Source: an uncultured delta proteobacterium (GTDB taxonomy: Bacteria; Desulfobacterota; Binatia; Binatales; Binataceae). Taken from it: a stretch of 64,000 nt of DNA. Below, piece after piece: positions 20,607 through 29,767 of this stretch. The notes beneath the pieces are model-generated. The model worked only from the letters and a program-made list of their open reading frames with translations, searched no databases and was not told the origin of the DNA. Positions within the stretch are counted from its first letter, which is position 1; every line of letters starts with the position of its first letter. The stretch covers positions 480,001 through 544,000 of the forward strand of contig CAVQEQ010000004.1 in assembly GCA_963711565.1 (NCBI GenBank). The letters run 5' to 3'. Position numbers and translations under genes: made by a program.

Positions 20607-21138
20607 TAGCGCGATACTCGCTCTCGAGAATCCCCATCACGATCGTGTCGCGATATCCGCCGCGGTAAAACCGATCCTCGCGGAGCACGCCCTCGCGCTT
20701 GAATCCGCATTTTTCGTACGACGCGATCGCGCGTTGATTGTAGTCGTACACATGCAGCCAGAGCCGATGGAGATTCATCTTGTCGAATCCAAGACGCAAC
20801 ATGACGCGCATGGCGTCGGTGCCGTAGCCGCGGCCCCAGTAAGACTTATCGCCGATCGTGATCCCGAGACCGGCGCTGCGATTCAGCCAGTTGATCGCGT
20901 GAAACGCGGTACCGCCGAGATATTTGCGGTCTGCCAGAGTCTCGATCACGAAGCTCTTGTCGGTGTCCGAAGAGTTCGCGGCCGCCTCGATAAACTTTTC
21001 CTCCGCGATCGACGACACCGGATAGCTCAGCATCCCGCCGGCCAGAAAATCTATTACTTCCTCGTCGTTGATCCACTTCATTATCGAATCGAGATCCGAA
21101 TTCTCGTATGCCCTCAGCCTGACCAGCTTGCCTTCCAT
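20599..21138 (-). CDS. GNAT acetyltransferase, RimJ/RimL family
   Basis: MEGKLVRLRA, IGDKSYWGRGYGT and N.RAI.SYEKCGF.REG.LR motifs; AAGGAG RBS; 8-nt tail overlap with the convergent surface-protein gene. Confidence 0.92.
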   Translation of the reverse strand: MEGKLVRLRAYENSDLDSIMKWINDEEVIDFLAGGMLSYPVSSIAEEKFIEAAANSSDTDKSFVIETLADRKYLGGTAFHAINWLNRSAGLGITIGDKSYWGRGYGTDAMRVMLRLGFDKMNLHRLWLHVYDYNQRAIASYEKCGFKREGVLREDRFYRGGYRDTIVMGILESEYRAIT

Positions 21139-21158
21139 GTCGATCTCCTTGCGTCCAC

Positions 21159-21192
21159 AAAAAAGAAAGGCGGCCCGATTTCCGGGCCGCCT
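21159..21192 (-). terminator. Intrinsic terminator after the acyl-CoA dehydrogenase
   Basis: Minus strand AGGCGGCCCG-GAAAT-CGGGCCGCCT-TTCTTTTTT. Confidence 0.85.
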
Positions 21193-21218
21193 CTCGTCGA
21201 TTACTACGTTGAAAGTTG

Positions 21219-22424
21219 CTAGCCCTTGGGCAATCCGAGCACGCGCTCGCCGATGATGTTGTGCTGGATTTCGCTGGTGCCGCCCGCGATCGTCAGCGCC
21301 CGCGACGCCAGCATCCGGTACGACCACTTGCCCTTGTCGAGCGCATGCGGCGCCTTGAATTCCATCTGGCTGTACGGCCCCAGCATCTCCATCGCGAACT
21401 TGTTCATCCGCAAATTCAGTTCGCTGGTGCATAGCTTGAGCACCGAGCCTTCCGGCCCCGGCGGCAGACCCTTGAGCCTGCGCGTCAGTTGGCGAAAGCC
21501 CGTGTAGCGCAGCGCGGCCGCCTCGCACGCGAAACCGCCGAGACGCTGGCGCACGCTGGTGTCTTCCCACGCCGTGTGCCCGTTGCTGCGGACGCTCTTC
21601 GCGAGATCGACCAGCTCCCTGACCTGGCCCATCATGTCGCGCCCGCCGCCGATTCCCGACCGCTCGAACATCAGCGTCGTGATCGCGACCTGCCAGCCCT
21701 GGTTCTTCTCGCCGATCAGATTCTTCTTCGGCACCTTCACGTCCTCGAAGAAGACCTCGTTGAAGTTCGCGTCGCCGGTGATCTGCACCAGCGGGCGCAC
21801 GGTTACACCGGGACTGTGCATATCGACCAGGATGTAGCTGATGCCCTTGTGCTTGGGCGCTTCGGGATCGGTGCGCACCAGCAGGATACACATGTCCGCG
21901 TGATGCGCGTCCGACGTCCACACCTTCTGCCCGTTGACGATAAAGTAGTCGCCTTCCTCGACCGCGCGCGTCTGCAGACCTGCCACATCTGACCCGGCGC
22001 CGGGCTCGGAATATCCCTGGCACCACAGCTCGTCGGCCGAGAGAATCTTCGGCACGTGCTTTTTCTTTTGCTCCTCGGTGCCCCAATGGATGATCGTCGG
22101 ACCGACCAGCATGATGCCGAGTCCGTTGACCAGCATCGGCGAATTAACCTTCGCGAGCTCCTCGTTGTAAATGATCTGCTGCGTGAGCGTCGCGCCGCGG
22201 CCGCCGTACTCCTTGGGCCAGCCGATTCCGACCCATCCGCCCGCGTGCATCTTCTTGTGCCACTCGAGCCGCCGTTTCCAGTCGTCGGCGCTGCTCTCGC
22301 GCATGAACTCGCCTTCGCTGTCGCCGCCGCCCTCGGTCTTGCCGGCCTTGGGCAGGTTGGCCTTGAGCCAGCCGCTGAACTCCGCGCGAAACACCTCGTC
22401 TTCGGCGCTGAACTTGAAATCCAT
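21219..22424 (-). CDS. Acyl-CoA dehydrogenase (paralog 1)
   Basis: WCQGYSEPGAGSD, NGQKVWTS, FNEVFFEDV, LMFER and TIAGGTSEIQHNIIGERVLGLP motifs; start MDFKF at 22424 after GGAGG. Confidence 0.95.
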   Translation of the reverse strand: MDFKFSAEDEVFRAEFSGWLKANLPKAGKTEGGGDSEGEFMRESSADDWKRRLEWHKKMHAGGWVGIGWPKEYGGRGATLTQQIIYNEELAKVNSPMLVNGLGIMLVGPTIIHWGTEEQKKKHVPKILSADELWCQGYSEPGAGSDVAGLQTRAVEEGDYFIVNGQKVWTSDAHHADMCILLVRTDPEAPKHKGISYILVDMHSPGVTVRPLVQITGDANFNEVFFEDVKVPKKNLIGEKNQGWQVAITTLMFERSGIGGGRDMMGQVRELVDLAKSVRSNGHTAWEDTSVRQRLGGFACEAAALRYTGFRQLTRRLKGLPPGPEGSVLKLCTSELNLRMNKFAMEMLGPYSQMEFKAPHALDKGKWSYRMLASRALTIAGGTSEIQHNIIGERVLGLPKG

Positions 22425-22539
22425 TAATTCCTCCGATGGGGACTCGCGCGATGCCAACTTCCTGGCCGCGCCCACGACGAGCGTCAGCCGGCGGCCGCGG
22501 TCCCTAACGCTTGTTATATAGAACGCGCGCGCAGGCCAT

Positions 22540-22992
22540 TCAAGAACGCGAATAAACGTCCGGGTTCACGATTTCCATCATGATCGGCGACGGATTATCG
22601 ACCGGCTTGAAGCCGAACTGCGCATACAGCCCGTGCGCATCGCGCGTGCCGAGACTCCAGCGCCGCAGTCCCTGCAAATCCGGATGCGCCATGATTGACG
22701 CCATCAGTTCTTTGCCGAGTCCGCGCTCGCGGTAAGGCTCGAGGATGAAAACGTCGGCGATGTACGCGAACGTCGCGAAGTCGGAGATGATGCGTGCGAA
22801 ACCGACCTGCTCGGTGCCGTCGTAAACGCCGAAGCATAGCGAATTTTCGATCGAGCGCACGACGGTCGCACGCGGAATTCCCGCCGCCCAGGACGAGCGC
22901 GCGAGAAACCGGTGAATTACATCGATGTCGAGCTTCGATCGATCGGTACTGATAAGGAATCTGCCCATCTCCATCACCACCATCGCTGTCAT
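22540..22992 (-). CDS. GNAT acetyltransferase
   Basis: ISTD..KLD.D.IHRFL, QVGFARIISD, DVFIL..YR.RGLGK and DAHGLY.QFGF motifs. Confidence 0.92.
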   Translation of the reverse strand: MTAMVVMEMGRFLISTDRSKLDIDVIHRFLARSSWAAGIPRATVVRSIENSLCFGVYDGTEQVGFARIISDFATFAYIADVFILEPYRERGLGKELMASIMAHPDLQGLRRWSLGTRDAHGLYAQFGFKPVDNPSPIMMEIVNPDVYSRS

Positions 22993-23717
22993 GTGACTCT
23001 TGCTCCTCGGTTCAAGGGCAACAGATACTCCGTCACGTGCACCGGCATCGGTGTCGAGCCATCGAGCCGCGCGTCGGCGACCGGCGCCAATGTCTTCATC
23101 GCAAACGGAATCTGTCCCGCCCAGATCGGCATCGCATAGTCGGCTTCGTCATCGAGCGGGTCGCCGCTGCGCAGTTTCGCCGACGCCTCGACGATTGGAA
23201 TCGACAGAACCGATGTGGCTGCCAGTTCCTTCTCATTGGGATGCCGAATATGGTCCCAGCGGCCCGGTGCCACGTGATCGATCAGCCCCTTCATCACTAC
23301 GAACTTTTCAGCCGGGTCGGTGACCAAAGTCCCCGCGCCAAGGATCACCACCGAACGGTAATTGACCGAATGATGGAACGCGGAGCGCGCGAGCACGAGG
23401 CCGTCGATATGCGTCACCGTGACTGCGATGGGCGTCCCGTCGACCGCGGCGCCAAGCATTCGGCTCGCGGCCGAGCCGTGAATGTAGAGCCGGTCGGCGA
23501 TACGGACGTGCAACGTGGGAATCACGTAGGGTTGCCCCTCAAGCGCAAAACCGACGTGGCACACGAGCGCGGTATCGAGAATCGAATAGATGGCGTCGCG
23601 GTCGTACGACGCGCGCTTGGGGATGCGCTTGACGCGGGTGCGCGCGGTCGGCGCGACCGCGTTTTTCGGTGAATCCAACCTGTCCGCCCGCACCGACCGG
23701 CTCTGTATCTCTTCCAT
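22989..23717 (-). CDS. Pyridoxamine 5'-phosphate oxidase-like FMN-binding (NimA-like) protein
   Basis: RA.YDR..IY.ILD..LVCHVGF, PYVIPT, HGSAASR, DGLVLARSAFHHSVNYRSVV and WAG.IP motifs. Confidence 0.92.
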   Translation of the reverse strand: MEEIQSRSVRADRLDSPKNAVAPTARTRVKRIPKRASYDRDAIYSILDTALVCHVGFALEGQPYVIPTLHVRIADRLYIHGSAASRMLGAAVDGTPIAVTVTHIDGLVLARSAFHHSVNYRSVVILGAGTLVTDPAEKFVVMKGLIDHVAPGRWDHIRHPNEKELAATSVLSIPIVEASAKLRSGDPLDDEADYAMPIWAGQIPFAMKTLAPVADARLDGSTPMPVHVTEYLLPLNRGARVT

Positions 23718-23732
23718 CTGCCTCGCCTCTTT

Positions 23733-23747
23733 GTTACAGTACGTAAC
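23733..23747. promoter_or_regulatory. Candidate operator of the MocR-type regulator
   Basis: GTTAC-AGTAC-GTAAC inverted repeat in the 31-nt divergent intergenic gap. Confidence 0.4.
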
Positions 23748-23748
23748 T

Positions 23749-25077
23749 ATGAACGTATCGGTACAATATCAAATCCGCGGAGATTCAAGCAACCAGATCG
23801 CCGCCAGCATCGAAAATGGAATCCGCGCCGGCAAGTTGCAGGTCGGAGAACGGCTGCCGACCGTGCGCGCGCTGGCCACCAGGCTCCGCGTCAGCCCGAC
23901 TACCGTGGCAGCGGCTTACAACGCGCTGCGCGTGCGCGGGTTGGTGCACGGCTCGGGCCGTCGCGGGACGGTCGTCAACCGCCGGCCGCCGTTGTTGACG
24001 CGCGCGATCTTCCCGCCGCCCGCGCCCGGTCTGCGTAATCTCGCGGAAGGCGGTCCGGACCCGGCGATGCTGCCCAAGCTTAAGCCGTATCTCGCGCGGC
24101 TTGATGGGATACCCGGCAAATACGGCGACGCGGAGAATCGTGCCGCGCTAATTAAACTTGCAGCGCGGCAATTCAAAAGCGACGGCGTCGCGGCCGACTC
24201 GATTGCCGTCGTCAGCGGCGCGCTCGACGCCGTCGAGCGGGTACTGCAGGCGCACCTGCGGCCCGGCGACATCGTCGCGGTCGAAGATCCGAGCTACACC
24301 GGCGTGCTGGACCTAGTGGCGGCGCTGGCTCTCGTGACGGAGCCGGTCGCGATCGATGATTCCGGACCGATTGCCGCGGATTTGAGGCGCGCGCTCAAAC
24401 TTGGCGCGAAGGCGTTCATCCTCACGCCGCGCGCGCAGAATCCCAGCGGCGCCGCGCTCGATCGCAAACGCGCCGGTGAGTTGAAACATGTGCTCGCCGC
24501 GTTTCCCGATGTCGTGCTGATCGAGGACGATCACGCGGGTCCCGTGTCCGGCGCGCCCGCGATCACGTTGTCGGCGGGGCGCGAGCTGTGGGCGACGGTG
24601 CGGTCGGTGTCGAAGTCGCTCGGCCCCGATTTGCGCGTGAGCGTGATGGCCGGCGACGCGCTGACCGTTGCGCGAGTCCAGGGGCGGCAGAGTCTTGGCC
24701 CGCGATGGGTCAGTCATGTCCTGCAGGACCTCGTCGCGATGATGTGGGCCGATGCCGCGACGCCGGCGCTCTTGCAGAAGGCTGCCGACACTTACGTGCA
24801 TCGCCGGCGCGCGCTGATCGAAGCGCTCGCGCATCACGGAATCGAGGCGCGCGGGCGCTCGGGCCTGAACGTCTGGGTTCCGGTCGCGGAAGAAGCAGGG
24901 GTGGCGAACGCGATGGCGGCGAAGGGATGGGCGATTCGCGCCGGCGAGTGTTACCGAATCAAAAGCCCGCCCGGAATCCGCGTGACGGTATCGACCCTGC
25001 CCCCCGAAGACGCGCACAAGTTCGCCGCCGACCTGGCCGAGTCGATACGGCCGCGCACGCGTGCGCAATCGGCGTGA
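23749..25077 (+). CDS. MocR/GntR-family regulator (wHTH plus PLP aminotransferase-like domain)
   Basis: G.RLPTVRALA..L.VSP.TVAAAY, VEDP.Y, TPRAQNP.G, IEDDH and RSVSKSLGPDLR motifs. Confidence 0.93.
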   Translation: MNVSVQYQIRGDSSNQIAASIENGIRAGKLQVGERLPTVRALATRLRVSPTTVAAAYNALRVRGLVHGSGRRGTVVNRRPPLLTRAIFPPPAPGLRNLAEGGPDPAMLPKLKPYLARLDGIPGKYGDAENRAALIKLAARQFKSDGVAADSIAVVSGALDAVERVLQAHLRPGDIVAVEDPSYTGVLDLVAALALVTEPVAIDDSGPIAADLRRALKLGAKAFILTPRAQNPSGAALDRKRAGELKHVLAAFPDVVLIEDDHAGPVSGAPAITLSAGRELWATVRSVSKSLGPDLRVSVMAGDALTVARVQGRQSLGPRWVSHVLQDLVAMMWADAATPALLQKAADTYVHRRRALIEALAHHGIEARGRSGLNVWVPVAEEAGVANAMAAKGWAIRAGECYRIKSPPGIRVTVSTLPPEDAHKFAADLAESIRPRTRAQSA

Positions 25078-25209
25078 GCACAGGGACAAGTCCGCGCACC
25101 CGGGTTTGGCGGGATACGGGGCAAAGTGCGAGAATGGCGGTGCATCGGCGCCGATCCGCCTCGTGGTTAGGCGAACCGAACGAAGTGTGGGCGACGATCT
25201 TTACCGCAC

Positions 25210-27807
25210 GTGCATCGAAGATTGCGGCAATCCGAAGATCCGAAACTAGGCGGCGCCAGTAGCACGCGACGGATCGCCGGCCCCGCCTCCGCGCTCGCCG
25301 CAGGTGTGCTGCTGCTGGTTGTTCTCCAAAGCGTTTCCAGGGGACTGGATTATCAGGGAGTAATCCACGCGCTTCGCGCAACGCCGCGCGCCCTCGTCTT
25401 CATTTCTATCGCGCTGACTGTTCTGAGCTACCTTGCGCTGGTGGCGCGGGACCTCTGCGCGCTCAGCTACGTGGGTGTCACCGTCTCGACCTCGGCTGTG
25501 CTGCTCGCCTCATTCTGCGGGTCGGCACTGGGCAACGCGGCCGGGTTTCGGGCGCTGACTGCCGACGCGGTTCGCGATCGGGTTTACGGCGCGGCTGGGG
25601 TGCGGCCAGAGCAGACCGCCCGGGTGATCCTCTTCAGCAACGCGGCTTTTGGGATTGGCCTTGGGGTGTTCATGGCCGGGGCCGCGATGTTGGCGGGACC
25701 GGCGATGGGCCGAATTTTACCAATCCCGCCCGTGTGGCTTCGATGCGAGGGGGCTGCGTTGTTGCTGGCGATCCTTGCGCTCCCGCTGTGGAGCGCGTGG
25801 CGGCGCGAACCGGTCAAGCTTGGGCGGCTCTCGCTCGAGATGCCTTCGCTTGGGAACATGATTCTTTATTTCATTGCGAGCACAGTTGACCTGGCCGCGG
25901 CCGCGGCCGCGTTATGGTTTCTCCTGGCGCGCGGAGGACTGGACTTCTTCAGCTTTGCGGCGATCTTCTCGGCGGCCACCGCACTTGGGGTGATCAGCAG
26001 GCTTCCGGGTGGCCTTGGAGTTTTCGAGGTCGTGATCCTGCTGGCGCTCAGGGGGATCGTGCCGGCGGACGAGATCGCGGCGGCGTTGCTGATCTATCGC
26101 GGCGTCTATTTCGTTCTGCCGCTGGTGTTGGCCGCGGCCGTGCTGGCGGGACTCGAATTGTGGGGCGCGACCGGCCGTTTCGGCTCAAAGGCGGCGGAGC
26201 GCCTCTCGGTTGGAGCGGGACTGATCGCGCCGATTTTTCTGACTGTGGTCACCTTCGCGGTCGGCGCGATGCTGGTCGCATCGGGCGCGACGCCGGCGCT
26301 GGATTGGCGGCTGGCGGCGCTGCAAGCTGTGCTGCCGCTATGGGCGGTTGAGATATCGCATCTGCTGGCGACGCTGGCGGGAGTGTTTCTGCTGTTCGTG
26401 GCGCGCGGCCTGTACCATCGGATGGACGGCGCATGGTGGCTCGCGCTGATCGTCACGCTGGCCGGCATCGTCTTCAGCCTCGCAAAGGCGCTGGCATTCG
26501 GCGAGACTGCGGCGCTGGTCTTCCTGCTGGCGCTGTTGCTGGCGACACGACGCCAATTCACGCGTCCCGCGGCGTTCCTGCATCAGCCGTTCAGGCTCGG
26601 CTGGTTCATCGCGATCGCCGTGGTCATGGCCGGCGCGACCGGGATACTGCTGTTCGCCTTTCGCGACGTGCCCTACCGCCACGAGATATGGTGGCAGGTC
26701 GAGTTCGACGCGCAGGCTTCAAGGTCGTTGCGTGCTCTGCTTGGAGCGTCGATTTTTGCGCTGGGGATTTCGCTCTGGCAGTTGATGCAGACAGCCCCGG
26801 GTCAGGTCGAGCCGCCTTCGGCGGAAGAGTTATCGCGCGCGTTGGCAATCATTCGGGCGCAGGACCGCAGCGCCACGATGCTGGCGTTGATGGGTGACAA
26901 GAGCTTCCTGTTTTCCAGCTCAGGCAAGTCGTTCCTGATGTATGCCAAGCGCGGCAGGAGCTGGGTTGCGCTGTTCGACCCCGTCGGACAACGCAAGGAA
27001 TGGCCGGAGCTGGTTTGGCGCTTCGTCGAACTCGCGGATGACCACGGCGGACGGGCTGCCTTCTACCAGGTCCGCCCCGACAACCTGCCGCTTTACCTGG
27101 ACGCGGGCCTCAGAGTCGTCAAGGTTGGCGAGGAAGCCTGCATCGACCTGGACCAATTCAACCTGGAGGGCTCGGAACGCTATGGACTCCGTCAGGCAAT
27201 CAAGCGCGGTGAACGGGAGGGACTGATGTTTCAGATCCTGTCGCCACGGACGGCATTCGAGAATGGCGGTGTCTTGAATCAGATTTCGGAAAGGTGGCTT
27301 ACCCGGCATAGCGCCGCCGAACGGCGATTCTCAGTCGCGGCCTTCGAGCCGCGGTTTATCGCGGCGCAGTCGGCGGCGCTCGCGCTGCGGCATGGCGAGC
27401 CGCAGGCCTTTGTCACCTTTATGACGACGGATTTGCACAGCGAGGCGACGATCGGACTCATGCGGCAGGTGCCGGACGCGCCACCCTACACCATGGAGTT
27501 CATGTTCACGCAGTTGGCGCTGGAGCTGAAAGCTCGCGGCTACAAGATGTTGAGCTTGGGCATGGCGCCGCTGGCGGGAATAGGACGGACGCCGCTTTCG
27601 TCGAAATGGAATCGGCTCGCGGGCCTCTTATGGGAGCATGGCGGACCGATTTACAATTTTCGTGGCCTGCGCAGTTTCAAGAACAAGTTTCGTCCATCCT
27701 GGGAACCCCGCTACCTGGCCGCTTCCGGCACTATCGGTCCATTCATCAGTCTTGCGGACGTTGCCGCGCTCGCCAGCAGTCACGGCCGGGACTCCTCGGC
27801 CGCATGA
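25210..27807 (+). CDS. mprF: Bifunctional aminoacyl-phosphatidylglycerol flippase/synthase (start uncertain)
   Basis: Multi-TM N-terminus with PGGLGVFE and YR.VY..LPL; C-terminal GDK.FLFS, DPVG, VGEEA, SLGMAPLAG and YNF.GLR.FK.KF.P.WEPRYLA. Confidence 0.93.
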   Translation: MHRRLRQSEDPKLGGASSTRRIAGPASALAAGVLLLVVLQSVSRGLDYQGVIHALRATPRALVFISIALTVLSYLALVARDLCALSYVGVTVSTSAVLLASFCGSALGNAAGFRALTADAVRDRVYGAAGVRPEQTARVILFSNAAFGIGLGVFMAGAAMLAGPAMGRILPIPPVWLRCEGAALLLAILALPLWSAWRREPVKLGRLSLEMPSLGNMILYFIASTVDLAAAAAALWFLLARGGLDFFSFAAIFSAATALGVISRLPGGLGVFEVVILLALRGIVPADEIAAALLIYRGVYFVLPLVLAAAVLAGLELWGATGRFGSKAAERLSVGAGLIAPIFLTVVTFAVGAMLVASGATPALDWRLAALQAVLPLWAVEISHLLATLAGVFLLFVARGLYHRMDGAWWLALIVTLAGIVFSLAKALAFGETAALVFLLALLLATRRQFTRPAAFLHQPFRLGWFIAIAVVMAGATGILLFAFRDVPYRHEIWWQVEFDAQASRSLRALLGASIFALGISLWQLMQTAPGQVEPPSAEELSRALAIIRAQDRSATMLALMGDKSFLFSSSGKSFLMYAKRGRSWVALFDPVGQRKEWPELVWRFVELADDHGGRAAFYQVRPDNLPLYLDAGLRVVKVGEEACIDLDQFNLEGSERYGLRQAIKRGEREGLMFQILSPRTAFENGGVLNQISERWLTRHSAAERRFSVAAFEPRFIAAQSAALALRHGEPQAFVTFMTTDLHSEATIGLMRQVPDAPPYTMEFMFTQLALELKARGYKMLSLGMAPLAGIGRTPLSSKWNRLAGLLWEHGGPIYNFRGLRSFKNKFRPSWEPRYLAASGTIGPFISLADVAALASSHGRDSSAA

Positions 27808-29234
27808 CGGGACTGAGTCGCGCGTTCGCGGCGATCGCGGTCGTCTGCTGCATCGGCGCTTCGCCGGCATACGCCATCGATGCGGGCCGCCTTGGCAGCG
27901 TCAAAATAGTCGAGCCGCCGGGTCCGGCACGCGGCGTGGTCATCGTGTTTTCCGGAAAAAAAGAATGGTCGGCAAAGGACGAGGCCGCCGCTCAGGCGAT
28001 TGCGAAGGGAGGGGCGCTGGTAGCCGAGGTTGACAGCCGCGAGTATTTGAATCGTCTCGATAAGCTCAAGGAGAGCTGTCACGAACTGGTATTCAACGTC
28101 GAATGGCTAAGCCGCGATCTTCAGCGGACGCGGAAGTTCCCGAAATACCTGACGCCGATCGTCGCAGGAATCGGCGAGGGCGGCACGCTCGCCGGAATAA
28201 TCCTTGACGAAGCTCCGGCCGTCACGATCGCCGGAGCAGTGTCGCTCGATCCCACCGAGACGATCGCGACCCGGCGCCCAATCTGTTCAGACGTGAAGGC
28301 GACGGCCCTGCGGCATCGCAGATTTCGCTACGGCGCTCCAAAGAAACTGGCCGGCTTCTGGGCGGTCGGCCTAACCTCGCGATCAGGTCGGGCCGATCGC
28401 GCCTATATGATGAAATTGCACCGTGAAGGCGCGCCCTTCGAACTCCGCCAAATCGCGGCGGATTCGACGCCGGGCGACGCGCTCCTGTCCATGATCGAGC
28501 CGCATCTTGCGAAACTCGCTCGAGCGGCCGTCAGCGCACCCGCGGCGATGGTTGATATTTCCGATTTGCCGATCGCCGAGCTGCCAGTCGAACATCCGGG
28601 CAAGCTGATGGCGGTGGTGTTATCGGGCGACGGCGGATGGCGGGATCTCGACAAGACGATCGCGGAAGACCTTCAGCGGCAAGGTGTCCCCGTCGTTGGG
28701 CTGGACAGCCTGCGATATTTCTGGAGCAAGAAAACCCCGGATCAAACGGCAGCCACGGTCGCTGCTCTGATCGAAACGTTCACGGCCCGGTGGCATGCCG
28801 ACGAGGTTGCGTTGATCGGCTACTCGTTCGGCGCGGATGTCATGCCGTTCGTCTACAACCGATTGCCCGAGAACCTGCGAGCACACGTGGCATTGCTGGC
28901 GTTGCTCGCATTTTCGAAGTCTGCGGATTTCCAAATCACTGTGCGAGGATGGCTGGGCGAGCCGCCTGGCGCCGACGCGATTGCGTCATTGCCCGAAGCA
29001 GACAAGATTTCGCCGCGGTTGATGCAATGCTTTTATGGACACGACGAAACGGATACCGCCTGCCCCGCCCTCGCATCGCGAGGGGTCGAAACCTACCGCA
29101 GGAACGGCGCTCATCACTTCGATGGCGATTACCAGGCCCTCGCCGACTTGATACTGCAGGGCTTCAAGAATCGCCTCTCAGCGGCGCGGCCTCTCCCCGC
29201 AAATCAGGGAGAAGCCGCCCACGGAGGTACATAG
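27804..29234 (+). CDS. acvB: AcvB/VirJ-family aminoacyl-PG hydrolase
   Basis: ATGA overlap with the mprF stop; signal peptide; SGDGGWRDLDK, GLDSLRYFW, IGYSFGADV and HHFDGDY motifs. Confidence 0.9.
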   Translation: MTGLSRAFAAIAVVCCIGASPAYAIDAGRLGSVKIVEPPGPARGVVIVFSGKKEWSAKDEAAAQAIAKGGALVAEVDSREYLNRLDKLKESCHELVFNVEWLSRDLQRTRKFPKYLTPIVAGIGEGGTLAGIILDEAPAVTIAGAVSLDPTETIATRRPICSDVKATALRHRRFRYGAPKKLAGFWAVGLTSRSGRADRAYMMKLHREGAPFELRQIAADSTPGDALLSMIEPHLAKLARAAVSAPAAMVDISDLPIAELPVEHPGKLMAVVLSGDGGWRDLDKTIAEDLQRQGVPVVGLDSLRYFWSKKTPDQTAATVAALIETFTARWHADEVALIGYSFGADVMPFVYNRLPENLRAHVALLALLAFSKSADFQITVRGWLGEPPGADAIASLPEADKISPRLMQCFYGHDETDTACPALASRGVETYRRNGAHHFDGDYQALADLILQGFKNRLSAARPLPANQGEAAHGGT

Positions 29235-29305
29235 GAGAAGCGCGCTGGGAGGAGTATGCGGCCCCGACCCTTTCCCATGAAGGAAGGGTCAATCGGGATC
29301 GGAAA

Positions 29306-29767
29306 TTATTCGAGGCGCCAGAGGGAGCGGGCTGCGGTGGCGGAACGCTCTACGAACTTCTTGCCGTACTCGATTTGTGCGTCGAAAATCGGCGCGAGCG
29401 GCGTCTCCTTGGCCCACTTGGTGGCCGAGGCCTGCATATCAATCGCCTGCTTGGCGACTTTCTCGCTGGTGTCGATGTACCAGGCGGCGAATTTCTTCGC
29501 GCCCTCGACCGTAAACAGGCTGCCCATGCTGGTTAGACCCTCGAACATTGAACCGTTCTCTTTTTCTGCCATCGCTTCGTCTCCTGCTTGTCGGCGCGAC
29601 TCAAGCCCGCCGGCTGGTTTACTAACGTTAGTCGTCGAAATTGTTTTGGCTGCGGCGCCGATCGCGTCGGCGATCTTCTGCGACGCTATATTTCCTTTGA
29701 ACCCTTTTTCAGTCCGTTTCTTCGATCGCTTGCGCGGCGAACCCGGAGGTTTGGTTTCTTCAGTCAT
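29306..29767 (-). CDS. Phasin-like protein (possible internal start at 29572)
   Basis: Small amphipathic helical C-terminal 88 aa, directly downstream of phaC; GGAGA RBS before the internal ATG 29572. Confidence 0.55.
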   Translation of the reverse strand: MTEETKPPGSPRKRSKKRTEKGFKGNIASQKIADAIGAAAKTISTTNVSKPAGGLESRRQAGDEAMAEKENGSMFEGLTSMGSLFTVEGAKKFAAWYIDTSEKVAKQAIDMQASATKWAKETPLAPIFDAQIEYGKKFVERSATAARSLWRLE

